DNA of 64,000 bases from Nitrospirota bacterium. Lineage in GTDB: Bacteria > Nitrospirota > Nitrospiria > 2-01-FULL-66-17. This document shows positions 47,798 through 57,707 of the stretch, piece by piece (position 1 is the first letter of the stretch; every line of letters begins with the position of its first letter). The notes beneath the pieces were generated by a model. It saw only the letters and a program-made list of their open reading frames with translations, ran no database searches and was not told where the DNA came from. The stretch is taken from assembly GCA_049325335.1 (NCBI GenBank), contig JBMOMC010000001.1:32001-96000 (forward strand), written 5' to 3'. The position numbers and the translations under genes are program-made.

Positions 47798-50467
47798 TTA
47801 CCCGACCTTCACGATCTTCACCCGCCCCGCCTTGAACACCGGGGACTTCGTGACCGGATCCACCGCCATCGCCAACACGTCTTTGACCGCCGGATTATTG
47901 AAATGCTCGGGGAACCGGCACGAGCCAGCCGGCAGATCGAGATTGATCTCCACGCCGACTTCGACCGATCCCAACGGTGACGTGACCTTCACGCGACCGT
48001 CGTTGCCCACGCCCAATGCCTCGGCGTCCTTGGGCGAAATCTGGAGGAGTTTCTTGGCGTTGATCTCAAGCAAGCCCTTGTCGCGGGTGGACATCTTGCC
48101 CGAGTGATAGAGCACTTGATACAGCGACAGTTCGAACGGGGATTCCGCGCTCGCCGGGCCAGCCGCCACCGCGGGTCGCGCGTACCGCGCAGCCGCGTCG
48201 GCGGTCAGTCCGGCCGCGGGATGGGTCGCGCCCGGCAACTCGAACGCCGCGGGCGCCACTTGCAACAACTCGCGACGAATCTCTTCCGCCTCGGTGTAAT
48301 CGAATGACGCGCCCAACAGTTGCCCCAGCTCGGAGAAAATCTCCCAGTCAATCCGCGCTTCGCCCGGGGGATCGAGCGCGCGCACCACCGGCTGCAACGA
48401 GCCCTGACCGTCCAGGAACGTCCCGGACTTTTCCGCGGCCAGGGCCGCGGGCAACACCACGTGCGCGGCCGCGCCCATCTCGGTGAGGAACGCGTCTTGA
48501 ACGATCAACAGATCCAGTTTGGCCAACGCCTCGCGCACGCCCGCGCTCGCCGGCAAGGTCCCCAAGGGGTTCTCGCCCACCGCGTACAAGGCTTTGATGC
48601 GGCCCGCGCGGATGCCGTCGAGCATCTCGGTCAGCGTGGCGCCGTTGGTCGGCAGCGTCGCGCCCCAGGCGGATTCGATCCGCGCACGCGCCGCGGGATC
48701 GTCGTATCGGAACCCGCCAGGCAACCGGCCCGCCAGCGTACCGGTTGCCATGGCACCGCGTTCGTTGTTCTCTTCGCACGTGCGCACCACGCCGGACCCG
48801 GGCTGCCCCACCATGCCGCTGACCAGCATCAAGTCCGCGATCCGCAACACGTTCGCGTACCCGTCCGGCCGGTTCACGATCTGCTCGCCGAGCACGATCG
48901 CCCGCGTGTCGCCGGATAGAAACACCGACGCAGCCTCGGCAAACTGCTCGCGCGACAGCCCGGTGGCGGCGCGGAGCGCATCCCACGACAGGCCGGCCAA
49001 CGCGGATGTCAGCGCTGAAACGGTCGTACCTTGCTCCGACGTGACGCGGGCCGGCACCAAACCGCCTTCGACAATCGCCTTGGTGAGCCCTTGCACGAAC
49101 GCGCCCTCTGAGCCGACCGCGACCTGATATGGGTACGGTGCGAGTTTGGCCAGGTTCGTGCGCATGGAATGCGTCACGATCAACTGCGCGTGGAAGTTGC
49201 TGAACGCATCCTTGACGCGCAACGCGAGAATCGGATTGGTCTCGGTTAGGTCAGACCCGACGACCAGGATCGACCGCGCCATCGTCAAATCACGGAACGA
49301 GAGCGTGGGCTGGACCACGCCCAACGCACGCTCCATGGCTTCCACGTACACCGCGTGGCCGTACCGCGCGCTCGAATCGATATTATTGGTCCCCACCGCC
49401 TGGCGCATGAACCGCTGGAACGCGTAGAGATCTTCATTCGTGCAGCGGGCCGTGATCAACCCCGCGATGGCATCCGGGCCGTGTTCGTTCTTGATGGCTC
49501 GCAGGCGTTTTGCGATGTCAGCCGTGGCTTCGAACCAGGACGATTCCACCAGCTTGCCGCCCTTGCGCATCAATGGCTTCTTCAACCGATCCGGGCTGTT
49601 CACGTATGCAAAGCCGAAGCGACCCTTCACGCACAACCCGCCGTGCCCGTCAACCGTGGAGGTGTGGTCGTCCCACTTATCCTTCCACGACAACTGCGAC
49701 GTGACCCGCACCACCGCGTCGTCCTTGACCTCCACGCGCATCTGGCAGCCGTCCGCGCAGTAGTTGCAGGCGGTCACAGTACGGTTGAGCTGCCACGGCT
49801 TGTACAGGTACTTGGAGAACTTGTTGGTGATCGCGCCCACCGGGCAGACCGCCAGGCAATCCCCGCAGAATTCGCAATCCAGCGCGTTGTCGCCCTTGGC
49901 CACCACGTGGGTGAACCCGCCCTTCTTGAAAAACTGCAGGGCGTCCACCATCACCACTTCCTTGCAGATGTTGATGCACTGCGCGCACAGGATGCAGCGG
50001 TTCATGTTGAAGTCGAGCACGGTGCTGCGCCGATCCTCGGGCAGGCCCTTTTGCTTGACCTCGCCGATCTGCACGATCCCGAAGTTAAAACTCATGTCCT
50101 GCAGCTCGCAGTGCCCGTCCGCGTCGCACACCGGGCAATCCAACGGGTGCGTCTGTAGGTGTTTTTCGACCGCCTTCTTGCGCGCATCGAACATGGCCTT
50201 GTTGTCCACGCGCACAATCATGCCCGCCGCCACCGGCGAGGTGCACGAGCGCACCGGCGCCTTCTTGCCCTCGACCTCGACCAAGCACACGCCGCACGAC
50301 CCGAAGGGGTTGAACGTGTAGTGGTAACACATGCTCGGAATGGTCTTGCCCATCCCCACGATCGCGTCATAGATCGACGTGCCTTCCGGCACGTTCACGA
50401 CCTCGTCGTCGATCGTGAGCTGCACGTTCGCCTTGTCGGTTGTTATAGATATCAGTTCTTGACTCAT
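47798..50467 (-). CDS. nuoG: Complex I subunit G (long; molybdopterin-oxidoreductase fold)
   Basis: 2Fe-2S motif, HPLDCPVCD..G.CELQD, two CxxCxxC motifs, CNYCADGC cluster. Confidence 0.88.
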   Translation of the reverse strand: MSQELISITTDKANVQLTIDDEVVNVPEGTSIYDAIVGMGKTIPSMCYHYTFNPFGSCGVCLVEVEGKKAPVRSCTSPVAAGMIVRVDNKAMFDARKKAVEKHLQTHPLDCPVCDADGHCELQDMSFNFGIVQIGEVKQKGLPEDRRSTVLDFNMNRCILCAQCINICKEVVMVDALQFFKKGGFTHVVAKGDNALDCEFCGDCLAVCPVGAITNKFSKYLYKPWQLNRTVTACNYCADGCQMRVEVKDDAVVRVTSQLSWKDKWDDHTSTVDGHGGLCVKGRFGFAYVNSPDRLKKPLMRKGGKLVESSWFEATADIAKRLRAIKNEHGPDAIAGLITARCTNEDLYAFQRFMRQAVGTNNIDSSARYGHAVYVEAMERALGVVQPTLSFRDLTMARSILVVGSDLTETNPILALRVKDAFSNFHAQLIVTHSMRTNLAKLAPYPYQVAVGSEGAFVQGLTKAIVEGGLVPARVTSEQGTTVSALTSALAGLSWDALRAATGLSREQFAEAASVFLSGDTRAIVLGEQIVNRPDGYANVLRIADLMLVSGMVGQPGSGVVRTCEENNERGAMATGTLAGRLPGGFRYDDPAARARIESAWGATLPTNGATLTEMLDGIRAGRIKALYAVGENPLGTLPASAGVREALAKLDLLIVQDAFLTEMGAAAHVVLPAALAAEKSGTFLDGQGSLQPVVRALDPPGEARIDWEIFSELGQLLGASFDYTEAEEIRRELLQVAPAAFELPGATHPAAGLTADAAARYARPAVAAGPASAESPFELSLYQVLYHSGKMSTRDKGLLEINAKKLLQISPKDAEALGVGNDGRVKVTSPLGSVEVGVEINLDLPAGSCRFPEHFNNPAVKDVLAMAVDPVTKSPVFKAGRVKIVKVG

Positions 50468-50490
50468 TGTTCCCACCTACCCCGCGTAGC

Positions 50491-50616
50491 GGAGCCTGTT
50501 CAGCAACGCGCCAGATGCAAGGCGGAGCGAGCGCCCGCACCGCAACGTACTAAGTCGTACGTGAGGAGCGGAAGCGCAGCGGCAACGCCGCAGATGGCCC
50601 TTCATCGACAGGCTCC
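50491..50616 (-). mobile_element. MITE-like element, copy B
   Basis: GGAGCCTGT...ACAGGCTCC TIRs; body shared with copies A and C. Confidence 0.8.
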
Positions 50617-50618
50617 CC

Positions 50619-51836
50619 TCACCGATCGCACTCCCCCATCACAATATCGTACGTTCCGAAAATGGTAATCACGTCGGCGATCATATACCCCCGCGCCATC
50701 TGATCAAACGCGCCCATATGGATAAATGACGGGGAGCGAATCTTCAGCCGATAGGGTTTGCCCTCGCCGCTGCTCACGATGTAAAAACCCAATTCGCCCT
50801 TATGCGCCTCGGTGCCGCAGTAGATCTCCCCCTTGGGCGTGGGAAAGCCCACGGAGAAGAATTTGAACTGCATGATCATGCTCTCCAGGTTCGTGAACAC
50901 GCGATCCTTGGTGGGCGCGACCACCTGCGGCACGTCGGCCATAATCGGGCCGTCGGGCAATTTATCCAGGCACTGCCGGACGATTCTGCTGCTCTCCTTG
51001 AGCTCTTCGATGCGAATCCAGTACCGGTCGTAGGTGTCGCCGTTGGTGCCGATCGGCACGCTCCACTCCACGTCCGCATACGCGCCGTACGGTTCGGCCT
51101 TGCGCAGGTCGTACTCCACACCCGAGCCGCGCAACGTGGGACCGGACAACCCGAAGCTCAACGCGTCTTCGGCCGAAATCACCGCGATGCCCTTGGTGCG
51201 CGCGATCCAAATCCGATTCTTCTCGAGGAGCACGTTGTACTCTTCGACTTTGCCCGGAAAATCTTTGATGAACGCGTTGAGCCCATCGATAATATCCGGC
51301 GTGAAGTCCCGCTCCACGCCGCCGATCCGATACCAGCTCGTGGTTAGGCGCGCGCCGCACAGCTTGTCGAACAGGTCCAACAGCACCTCGCGCTCACGGA
51401 ACGTGTAGAAGAACACGGTCATGGCACCGATGTCGAGCGCCTGCGTGCCCAGCCAGAACAGGTGCCCGATGATGCGTTGCACCTCGGCCACGATCGTGCG
51501 CAGGTACTCGGACCGCGGGGGCACCGTGATGCCCATGAGTTTTTCCACGGCACGGACGTACGCGAAGTTGTTGTACATCGCGCAGACGTAATCCAGGCGG
51601 TCCGTGTGGGGAATGAACTGGTGGTACGTCCCGTCCTCGGCGAGTTTCTCCACCCCGCGGTGCAGAAAGCCCATGACCGGCGTGGACTTCATGATCCGCT
51701 CACCTTCCAACTCAAGGACGACCTTCAACACGCCGTGCGTGCTGGGGTGCTGCGGCCCCATGTTGAGCATCAACTCCTCGGTGCGCAGGAGCGGCAGCTT
51801 CTTTTGCGAATACGGGGTGTGAACCGGCCTGGTCAT
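50619..51836 (-). CDS. nuoD: Complex I subunit D
   Basis: NMGPQHPSTHGVL, LHRG.EK, DRLDY, GECDR. Confidence 0.98.
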   Translation of the reverse strand: MTRPVHTPYSQKKLPLLRTEELMLNMGPQHPSTHGVLKVVLELEGERIMKSTPVMGFLHRGVEKLAEDGTYHQFIPHTDRLDYVCAMYNNFAYVRAVEKLMGITVPPRSEYLRTIVAEVQRIIGHLFWLGTQALDIGAMTVFFYTFREREVLLDLFDKLCGARLTTSWYRIGGVERDFTPDIIDGLNAFIKDFPGKVEEYNVLLEKNRIWIARTKGIAVISAEDALSFGLSGPTLRGSGVEYDLRKAEPYGAYADVEWSVPIGTNGDTYDRYWIRIEELKESSRIVRQCLDKLPDGPIMADVPQVVAPTKDRVFTNLESMIMQFKFFSVGFPTPKGEIYCGTEAHKGELGFYIVSSGEGKPYRLKIRSPSFIHMGAFDQMARGYMIADVITIFGTYDIVMGECDR

Positions 51837-51839
51837 GAC

Positions 51840-52358
51840 TTAGGAGGACCTAGGCGGAACGGGCGGCGCGGGCGTGTCGAGAAACTCGAACGTGTCGCGC
51901 CAACCTTTGCCCACCATGGGGAAATCCTTGCGCAGCGGGAAACCTTCGGTGTAGTCGTCCGGCATCAGGATGCGACGCAGGTCGGGATGGTGCAGAAAGC
52001 GGATGCCCATCATGTCGTAGACCTCGCGCTCCATGAAGTCGCATCCCTTCCAGAACGGGGTGAGCGACTCCACGACCGGTTCGGACTCCGGTACGCGCGT
52101 CTTGAGGCGCAGGCGGTGGCGACGGCGCACCGAATACACCTCCCACACGACCTCGAAGCGAACCGGCTCGCCGAGCCAATCCACCGAGCTCACGTGTACG
52201 ATGTAGTCGTAATCCATCTCCGGGTCCTCGCGCAAAAACCGCGCGACATCGAGGACCGCGTCGGGCCGAACTTCCACCGCCACATCCCCGCGAAACTCCG
52301 CAGCCCGGAGGAATGCATCCGGGAACCGCGCTTTAATTTGTTCGGCGACCGGATGCAT
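51840..52358 (-). CDS. nuoC: Complex I subunit C
   Basis: EREVYDM.GI.F..HPDLRRILM, PLRKDFP. Confidence 0.97.
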   Translation of the reverse strand: MHPVAEQIKARFPDAFLRAAEFRGDVAVEVRPDAVLDVARFLREDPEMDYDYIVHVSSVDWLGEPVRFEVVWEVYSVRRRHRLRLKTRVPESEPVVESLTPFWKGCDFMEREVYDMMGIRFLHHPDLRRILMPDDYTEGFPLRKDFPMVGKGWRDTFEFLDTPAPPVPPRSS

Positions 52359-52888
52359 CAGGCTTTAATTCCGCCAAAAGACTCTCGTTGGACGAACACC
52401 CGTTGTTGCATGATCTTTTCTTGAAGTCTCAAAATGCCGTCGAACAATGCTTCCGGCGTGGGCGGACAACCGGGCACGTAGATATCGACCGGCACGAACC
52501 GATCCACGCCTTGAACGACCGGGTAGCTATTGTAAATGTTGCCGGACGTGGCGCAGGACCCCATCGCGATCACGAAGCGCGGCTCCGGCATCTGGTCGTA
52601 GACCTTGCGGATGACCGGCGCCATGCGGCGGCAGACCGTGCCCGCCACGATCATCAGATCGGACTGGCGCGGCGAGGCGCGAAACACCCCCGCGCCGTAG
52701 CGGTCCATGTCGTAGCGAGAGGACACCGCCGCGATCATTTCGATGGCGCAACAGGCCAACCCGAACGTCATGGGCCAGAGCGAGCCCTTGCGCGCCCAGT
52801 TCACGGCCTGTTCGAGCTTCAACGTCACGAAGCCCACATCCCCGGTCTTGCCGTCCCCGGAGCGTGGGCTGATATTGATCAATCCCAT
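52358..52888 (-). CDS. nuoB: Complex I subunit B
   Basis: [22 protein letters not shown]. Confidence 0.98.
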   Translation of the reverse strand: MGLINISPRSGDGKTGDVGFVTLKLEQAVNWARKGSLWPMTFGLACCAIEMIAAVSSRYDMDRYGAGVFRASPRQSDLMIVAGTVCRRMAPVIRKVYDQMPEPRFVIAMGSCATSGNIYNSYPVVQGVDRFVPVDIYVPGCPPTPEALFDGILRLQEKIMQQRVFVQRESFGGIKA

Positions 52889-53262
52889 TCGAGCGCTCCC
52901 TTGCGCCACGCGTACGCGTACGCGGCCACGAACAAGAGGATGAAAATGATCATCTCGATCAAGCCGAACAGTCCGATTTTGTCGAACGCCACGGCCCAGG
53001 GATAGAGGAAGATCAATTCCACGTCGAAGATCACGAACAACATGGCGATGATGTAGTACCGGACCGGGAACGGCATCCGCGCGTCGGAAATCGGCTCGCT
53101 ACCGCACTCGTAGGCGGAGAGTTTTTCCGACGAATCGATGCGCGGCTGGATGACGTAGCTGAAGATCAGAGTCCCGGCGCCGAATGCCGCCGCGATCGCC
53201 ATGAAAATGACGACCGGCCCATAGTTGGACAGATACGCCGTGAGTACGGAATCGAGACCCAT
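52879..53262 (-). CDS. nuoA: Complex I subunit A
   Basis: YECG, FVIFDVE..FLYPWA, KGALEWD. Confidence 0.97.
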   Translation of the reverse strand: MGLDSVLTAYLSNYGPVVIFMAIAAAFGAGTLIFSYVIQPRIDSSEKLSAYECGSEPISDARMPFPVRYYIIAMLFVIFDVELIFLYPWAVAFDKIGLFGLIEMIIFILLFVAAYAYAWRKGALEWD

Positions 53263-53303
53263 AACCCCTTCAATGGACTCCGATTTCACTGATCAGAAGG
53301 CAG

Positions 53304-53333
53304 GTTGTAGCACGCCCCATTTTAGGCAGTCAA
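53304..53333 (-). promoter_or_regulatory. Putative nuo operon promoter
   Basis: TTGACT-18-TACAAC with a TG extension. Confidence 0.5.
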
Positions 53334-53446
53334 GCGGCTAAAGGACCTAACCCCCGACTTGGGGCAAAGGGCCTAGAAGGGCCGAGGGGGGATGGGGAGA
53401 GGGGGGAAGGAACGAACCGGGGAGCCGGGGAACTGGGGAAAGGGCG

Positions 53447-54136
53447 TTACTCCAGCTTCGAGAGGCGATCCAGATCCTCCTCCTTGCCCACGATCACCAT
53501 GACGTCGCCCTTCTGGAGGATGTCGTCGGCATCAGGGTTCACGTTCATCTCCTCCACGCTCTTCCACTCCCCGCGCACGAGTTTGGTCACGCGGCGTTTG
53601 ATGGCGATGACGTTGATGCCGTAATTGGTGCGGATGGACGCTTCTTTCAACGGCCGGCCCACGAACTGGCCCGGCACTTCGATCTCCTCGATGCTGTAGC
53701 CCTGGGCCAACTCCAGGTATTCCAGCACATTCGGCGCGATCAAACGGTGCGCCAGGCGGATCGCGGCGTCGCGCTCCGGGTAGATCACTTCGGTGACGCC
53801 CATGTTCGCGAGGATTTTGCCGTGCAGCGGAGTGACCGCCTTCGCGATAATCTCCTTGACGCCCAGCTCCTTGAGCGTCATGACGATGAGGATGCTCGCT
53901 TCGATGTTCTCGCCGATGCTCACCACCGCCACGTCCACGTTCTGGATGCTCACGGCCTTGAGCGCGCGCTCGTCCGTGGCGTCGCACTGCACCGCGTACG
54001 TCGCGAAATCGCTGACGGCCTCGATCTGCGCCTCGTTGCTGTCGATGGCCAGCACTTCGTAGCCTTTTTTAATGAGCGTCTCGGCCACGCTGTAGCCGAA
54101 GCGACCCAGACCAATTACCGCAAACTGGCGCGCCAT
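53447..54136 (-). CDS. ktrA: K+ uptake regulatory subunit KtrA/TrkA
   Basis: GLGRFG RCK_N domain, IIAKA, PERD, RCK_C domain. Confidence 0.92.
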   Translation of the reverse strand: MARQFAVIGLGRFGYSVAETLIKKGYEVLAIDSNEAQIEAVSDFATYAVQCDATDERALKAVSIQNVDVAVVSIGENIEASILIVMTLKELGVKEIIAKAVTPLHGKILANMGVTEVIYPERDAAIRLAHRLIAPNVLEYLELAQGYSIEEIEVPGQFVGRPLKEASIRTNYGINVIAIKRRVTKLVRGEWKSVEEMNVNPDADDILQKGDVMVIVGKEEDLDRLSKLE

Positions 54137-54144
54137 GTGTGCTC

Positions 54145-55521
54145 CTAGCCGATGAGAACGCGTTCCGGAGGATACCGAAACCGTCGCGTTTCTTCCAATC
54201 GGACCAATGCGACGCTGACCGTCAGCGGGCCCACGCGGCCAATGACCATTGTCAGCATGATCATAAACTTCCCGAAATCGGAAAACAGCGCGGAATAACT
54301 CAGCACGCCTCCGTCCCCGGTCGACATCCCCACGGTGCCAAACGCCGACGTGACTTCGAACAGGGTGCGAAGAAAATCTTGCCGTTCACTGACCTGAAGC
54401 ACCAACGTCATGCCCGTAGTCAACGCGAACGCCACCAACGCCAGGGAAAACGCCCGGATTACGGTTTCTTGAGGAATCCGCCGGTGGAACGCGGTCACGT
54501 CGCTTCGTCCCCGAATGCCGGCCCAGATCCCCACCAACATGGTCCCGAACGTCGACGTCTTGATCCCGCCGCCGGTGCCGCCCGGTGACGCGCCCACGAA
54601 CATGAGCAGCACCAGGATATACAACGTGGCGGCGGTGGCGCCCCCCAAATCCACGGAGTTGAAGCCGCCGGACCGCGCGGCCACGGAGTGAAAATACGAC
54701 ACCATCAGTTGGTCGGCCAACGGCAGCGACCCCACGGTCTTGGGGTTACCCGCCTCGAACGCCCAGAACACCAACGTGCCCACCACAATCAGCGCGGCCG
54801 TCAGACTCAACACCATCCACGTATGCACGGTCAGCCGAAACGTCTCGCGCTTCGCGAGTCGAATGAGGTCCCGATACACGATGAAACCGATACCGCCCGA
54901 GATGATCAGGACCGTGATCACGATGTTCACGAGCACGTCGCTTTGGTACGCGATCAGGTTGGTGGGAAACAGCGAGAACCCCGCGTTGTTGAATGCCATC
55001 ACGGAATGGAACACCCCCAGGTAGATCGCCTCTGGACCCGGCACGTCAAAGGAGAAACGAATCGCCAGCAGCACGGCGCCGATGCCTTCCATCACTAATG
55101 TCATCCACAAGATGCCCTTGAGTAGTCCGATCAACCCCTCGACGGTCAACACGTTGAGCGCCTCCTGCATCACCAGGCGCTGCTTGATCCCGATCTTCTT
55201 CCCCAGCAAGATGATGATGACCGTGGACAGGACCATGTATCCCAGCCCGCCCAACTGCGCCAACACGAGAATGATGACCTGGCCCGTAGTACTGAAGTCG
55301 GTCGCCAGGTCCTTGACCGCCAGACCGGTAACGCAGACGGCGGAGGCGGCCATGAACAAGGCGTCGATAAATCGGATCGAGTGATCCGGGGCTGACGCCA
55401 CTGGAAGCGACAGTGCGATCGTCCCGATGGCGATCGCCCCCGAGAACCACAACACGAGAATCTGCGAGGGCGTCAGGCGGTAGACGCCGATGCGGCCTTG
55501 GTGGGTGGCGACGGGTTCCAT
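54145..55521 (-). CDS. ktrB: K+ uptake membrane subunit KtrB/TrkH
   Basis: CVTGL, FNNAGF, GTGGGIK, SAFGTVG, GRVG. Confidence 0.93.
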   Translation of the reverse strand: MEPVATHQGRIGVYRLTPSQILVLWFSGAIAIGTIALSLPVASAPDHSIRFIDALFMAASAVCVTGLAVKDLATDFSTTGQVIILVLAQLGGLGYMVLSTVIIILLGKKIGIKQRLVMQEALNVLTVEGLIGLLKGILWMTLVMEGIGAVLLAIRFSFDVPGPEAIYLGVFHSVMAFNNAGFSLFPTNLIAYQSDVLVNIVITVLIISGGIGFIVYRDLIRLAKRETFRLTVHTWMVLSLTAALIVVGTLVFWAFEAGNPKTVGSLPLADQLMVSYFHSVAARSGGFNSVDLGGATAATLYILVLLMFVGASPGGTGGGIKTSTFGTMLVGIWAGIRGRSDVTAFHRRIPQETVIRAFSLALVAFALTTGMTLVLQVSERQDFLRTLFEVTSAFGTVGMSTGDGGVLSYSALFSDFGKFMIMLTMVIGRVGPLTVSVALVRLEETRRFRYPPERVLIG

Positions 55522-55522
55522 C

Positions 55523-56146
55523 TCACGCCGTCTCCAACATGCCCATCACCCCGCGGCGGATCATACTGACGGCAATCGCCGCCAGCAACAAATAAAACAC
55601 CTTGGCGATTGCGGTTGCGCCGTTCACGCCCAACACCCCAATCACGCGGTCCGCGTAGCGGACGACGACCCACGCCAGCAGCAAATTGAGCGCCAGCGAG
55701 AGCACCACCAGCCCGATCCCGTACGTGCCCATCAGCATCAGCGACGTGGTGAGCGTGGCCGGTCCCGCGATAATCGGCGTGCCCAACGGCACCACGCCCA
55801 GCGTCTGTTGCGACTTGGGCGAGGCCGCGCGCGTGCCGTCGCGCAACAGGTCCCAAATCGCAAACACCAACAGCAGCACGCCGCCGGCGATCATGAAGTC
55901 CTCGACCCGCACACCCAAGATCGAAAACGTGGCCTTGCCCAACAGGATGAACGACACCGTCACGGAAAACGCCGTGACCACCGACTGCCGCGCGATGCGC
56001 GGCTTGTCCGCGGCCGGGAGCGGCTGCGTGAGCGAATAATACGTGGGCAACACGCCGATCACGTCGATCGCCACAAAGATCGGCAGGAACACCAACACGA
56101 ATCGTTCGAGCGCGTCGGGACTTTGGAGGAACGTGAGCGCGTCCAT
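55523..56146 (-). CDS. MarC-family membrane protein
   Basis: IAGG.LL, VVPLGTP.IAGP, LLLAAIAV. Confidence 0.9.
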   Translation of the reverse strand: MDALTFLQSPDALERFVLVFLPIFVAIDVIGVLPTYYSLTQPLPAADKPRIARQSVVTAFSVTVSFILLGKATFSILGVRVEDFMIAGGVLLLVFAIWDLLRDGTRAASPKSQQTLGVVPLGTPIIAGPATLTTSLMLMGTYGIGLVVLSLALNLLLAWVVVRYADRVIGVLGVNGATAIAKVFYLLLAAIAVSMIRRGVMGMLETA

Positions 56147-56213
56147 GTGTGCGTGGGCCGCGGCCGCTCATCTCCCTATCCGGCCGACACCGACCCCTCG
56201 CGATACGGCGGGG

Positions 56214-56242
56214 ATCATAGGCCCGCCGGTCTATGCTGTCAA
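56214..56242 (-). promoter_or_regulatory. Sigma70 promoter of marC-ktrB-ktrA
   Basis: TTGACA-17-TATGAT. Confidence 0.75.
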
Positions 56243-56368
56243 GGAATCTCGATGTCGTGGTTCCACGGCAGGGCTGACGGGAGCGCAGATTTGACACGTT
56301 GCCGCCCGCTGGGGTCCAATACGGCAAACGTGTGTCGGCAACACGAAAACCAACAGGAGCATGTGACG

Positions 56369-56701
56369 ATGAACTATTACGAATCCAAAGACCTCGGTCG
56401 TTTCACGGAAGTCGGGAAATTTTCCGGCGACCTCATGAAGAAGTTTTTCGACTACTACACCGAGGCCACCGGCAAAGACGGCGCGCTGACCAAACGCGAA
56501 AAAGCGCTGATCGCGTTGGCGGTCTCGCACGTCAAACAGTGTCCCTACTGCATCGACGCCTACACCACCCAGTGTTTGGAAGCGGGCTCGAATCCCGAGG
56601 AGATGACCGAAGCCGTGCACGTGGCCGCGGCGATGGAAGCCGGGATGACATTGGTGCACGTGGTGCAAATGCACAATTGCCTCGAACGCCAGGGAGGGTA
56701 G
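56369..56701 (+). CDS. AhpD/CMD-family peroxidase-like protein associated with ArsS
   Basis: GALT.REKALIALAVSH..QCPYCIDAY, EAVHVAAA; AGGAG RBS. Confidence 0.88.
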   Translation: MNYYESKDLGRFTEVGKFSGDLMKKFFDYYTEATGKDGALTKREKALIALAVSHVKQCPYCIDAYTTQCLEAGSNPEEMTEAVHVAAAMEAGMTLVHVVQMHNCLERQGG

Positions 56702-56706
56702 GCCCG

Positions 56707-57696
56707 ATGCCGACCGAGGCCAAATTTTCGTTCGAGAGCACCCTAGAGCAACACTGCATCGACCTCGCGCCGTTGGCCATCGACACATTGCAGGTCAATA
56801 CCGGCAAGTTCTGCAACCAGGCGTGCCACCACTGCCACGTGGACGCATCGCCGTACCGCACCGAAGAAATGGACCGGCGGACCATGGAGCAGTGCGTGAC
56901 CATCCTCCGAACGCACGCGTCGATCACCACCCTCGACATCACGGGCGGCGCGCCGGAGATCCATCCCCATTTTGAATACCTGGCGACCGAAGCCCGCGGG
57001 CTCGGCAAACACGTCATGGTCCGCCACAATCTGACGGTGACCCTGGACGGCAACCCCAAGACCCACGAGGCCAAACGCCATCTGCCGGAATTTTTCGCCG
57101 CCAATCACATGGAGGTGGTGTGCTCGCTCCCGTATTACCAGGAGTATTTCACCGACAAACAGCGCGGCAAAGGCGTCTTTGCCAAGAGCATCGACAGCCT
57201 GAGACTCCTCAACGCCCAAGGATACGGCCAGGACGGTACGGGCCTCGTCATCAACCTCGTGTACAACCCGGTGGGGGCCTTTCTCCCGGCCGCGCAGCCG
57301 AGCCTCGAAGCGGAATTCAGGCGGCACCTGGCGCAGCACGGCGTGGTCTTCAACAAACTCTACACGATCACGAACATGCCCATTCACCGATTCCGCACCC
57401 AACTGGAGCGGCTCGGCGTCTACGACGACTACATGGGCAAACTGGTCACGGCGTTTAATCCCGCGGCGGCCGAAGGCGTCATGTGCCGCTCGTTGATCAG
57501 CGTGGGATACGACGGCAAGTTGTACGACTGCGACTTCAATCAGATGCTGGAGATGCAGATCGAACAGAGCGAACCCATGACCGTCTTTAACTTCGACCTG
57601 GCCAAACTCGCGAACCGCCGCATTCGATTCGACTCCCACTGCTTCGGCTGCACCGCGGGCGCGGGCAGCAGTTGCGGAGGCGCAACAGCGTTGTAA
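56707..57696 (+). CDS. arsS: Radical SAM protein ArsS (DUF3641 family), Cys form
   Basis: TLQVN.G..CNQAC.HCHV, DITGGAPE, YDCDFNQM, HCFGCTAGAGSSCGG. Confidence 0.88.
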   Translation: MPTEAKFSFESTLEQHCIDLAPLAIDTLQVNTGKFCNQACHHCHVDASPYRTEEMDRRTMEQCVTILRTHASITTLDITGGAPEIHPHFEYLATEARGLGKHVMVRHNLTVTLDGNPKTHEAKRHLPEFFAANHMEVVCSLPYYQEYFTDKQRGKGVFAKSIDSLRLLNAQGYGQDGTGLVINLVYNPVGAFLPAAQPSLEAEFRRHLAQHGVVFNKLYTITNMPIHRFRTQLERLGVYDDYMGKLVTAFNPAAAEGVMCRSLISVGYDGKLYDCDFNQMLEMQIEQSEPMTVFNFDLAKLANRRIRFDSHCFGCTAGAGSSCGGATAL

Positions 57697-57707
57697 GGTC
57701 AACCGCG

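Noticed and set aside
47798..50467. NuoG as an active formate dehydrogenase
   Set aside because: The Mo-ligand position reads SARYGH rather than ARx(C/U)H, and the gene lies inside the nuo operon
39465..52424. Long + strand ORFs opposite the nuo genes (and similar ones opposite gsp)
   Set aside because: Antisense shadow frames expected from high-GC codon bias
55521..56214. c-di-AMP riboswitch upstream of ktrAB
   Set aside because: No recognisable ydaO motif; ktrB directly follows marC and the marC leader is short
56707..57696. Selenocysteine recoding in ArsS or the sulfur-relay genes
   Set aside because: No in-frame TGA at the expected sites; Cys codons are present
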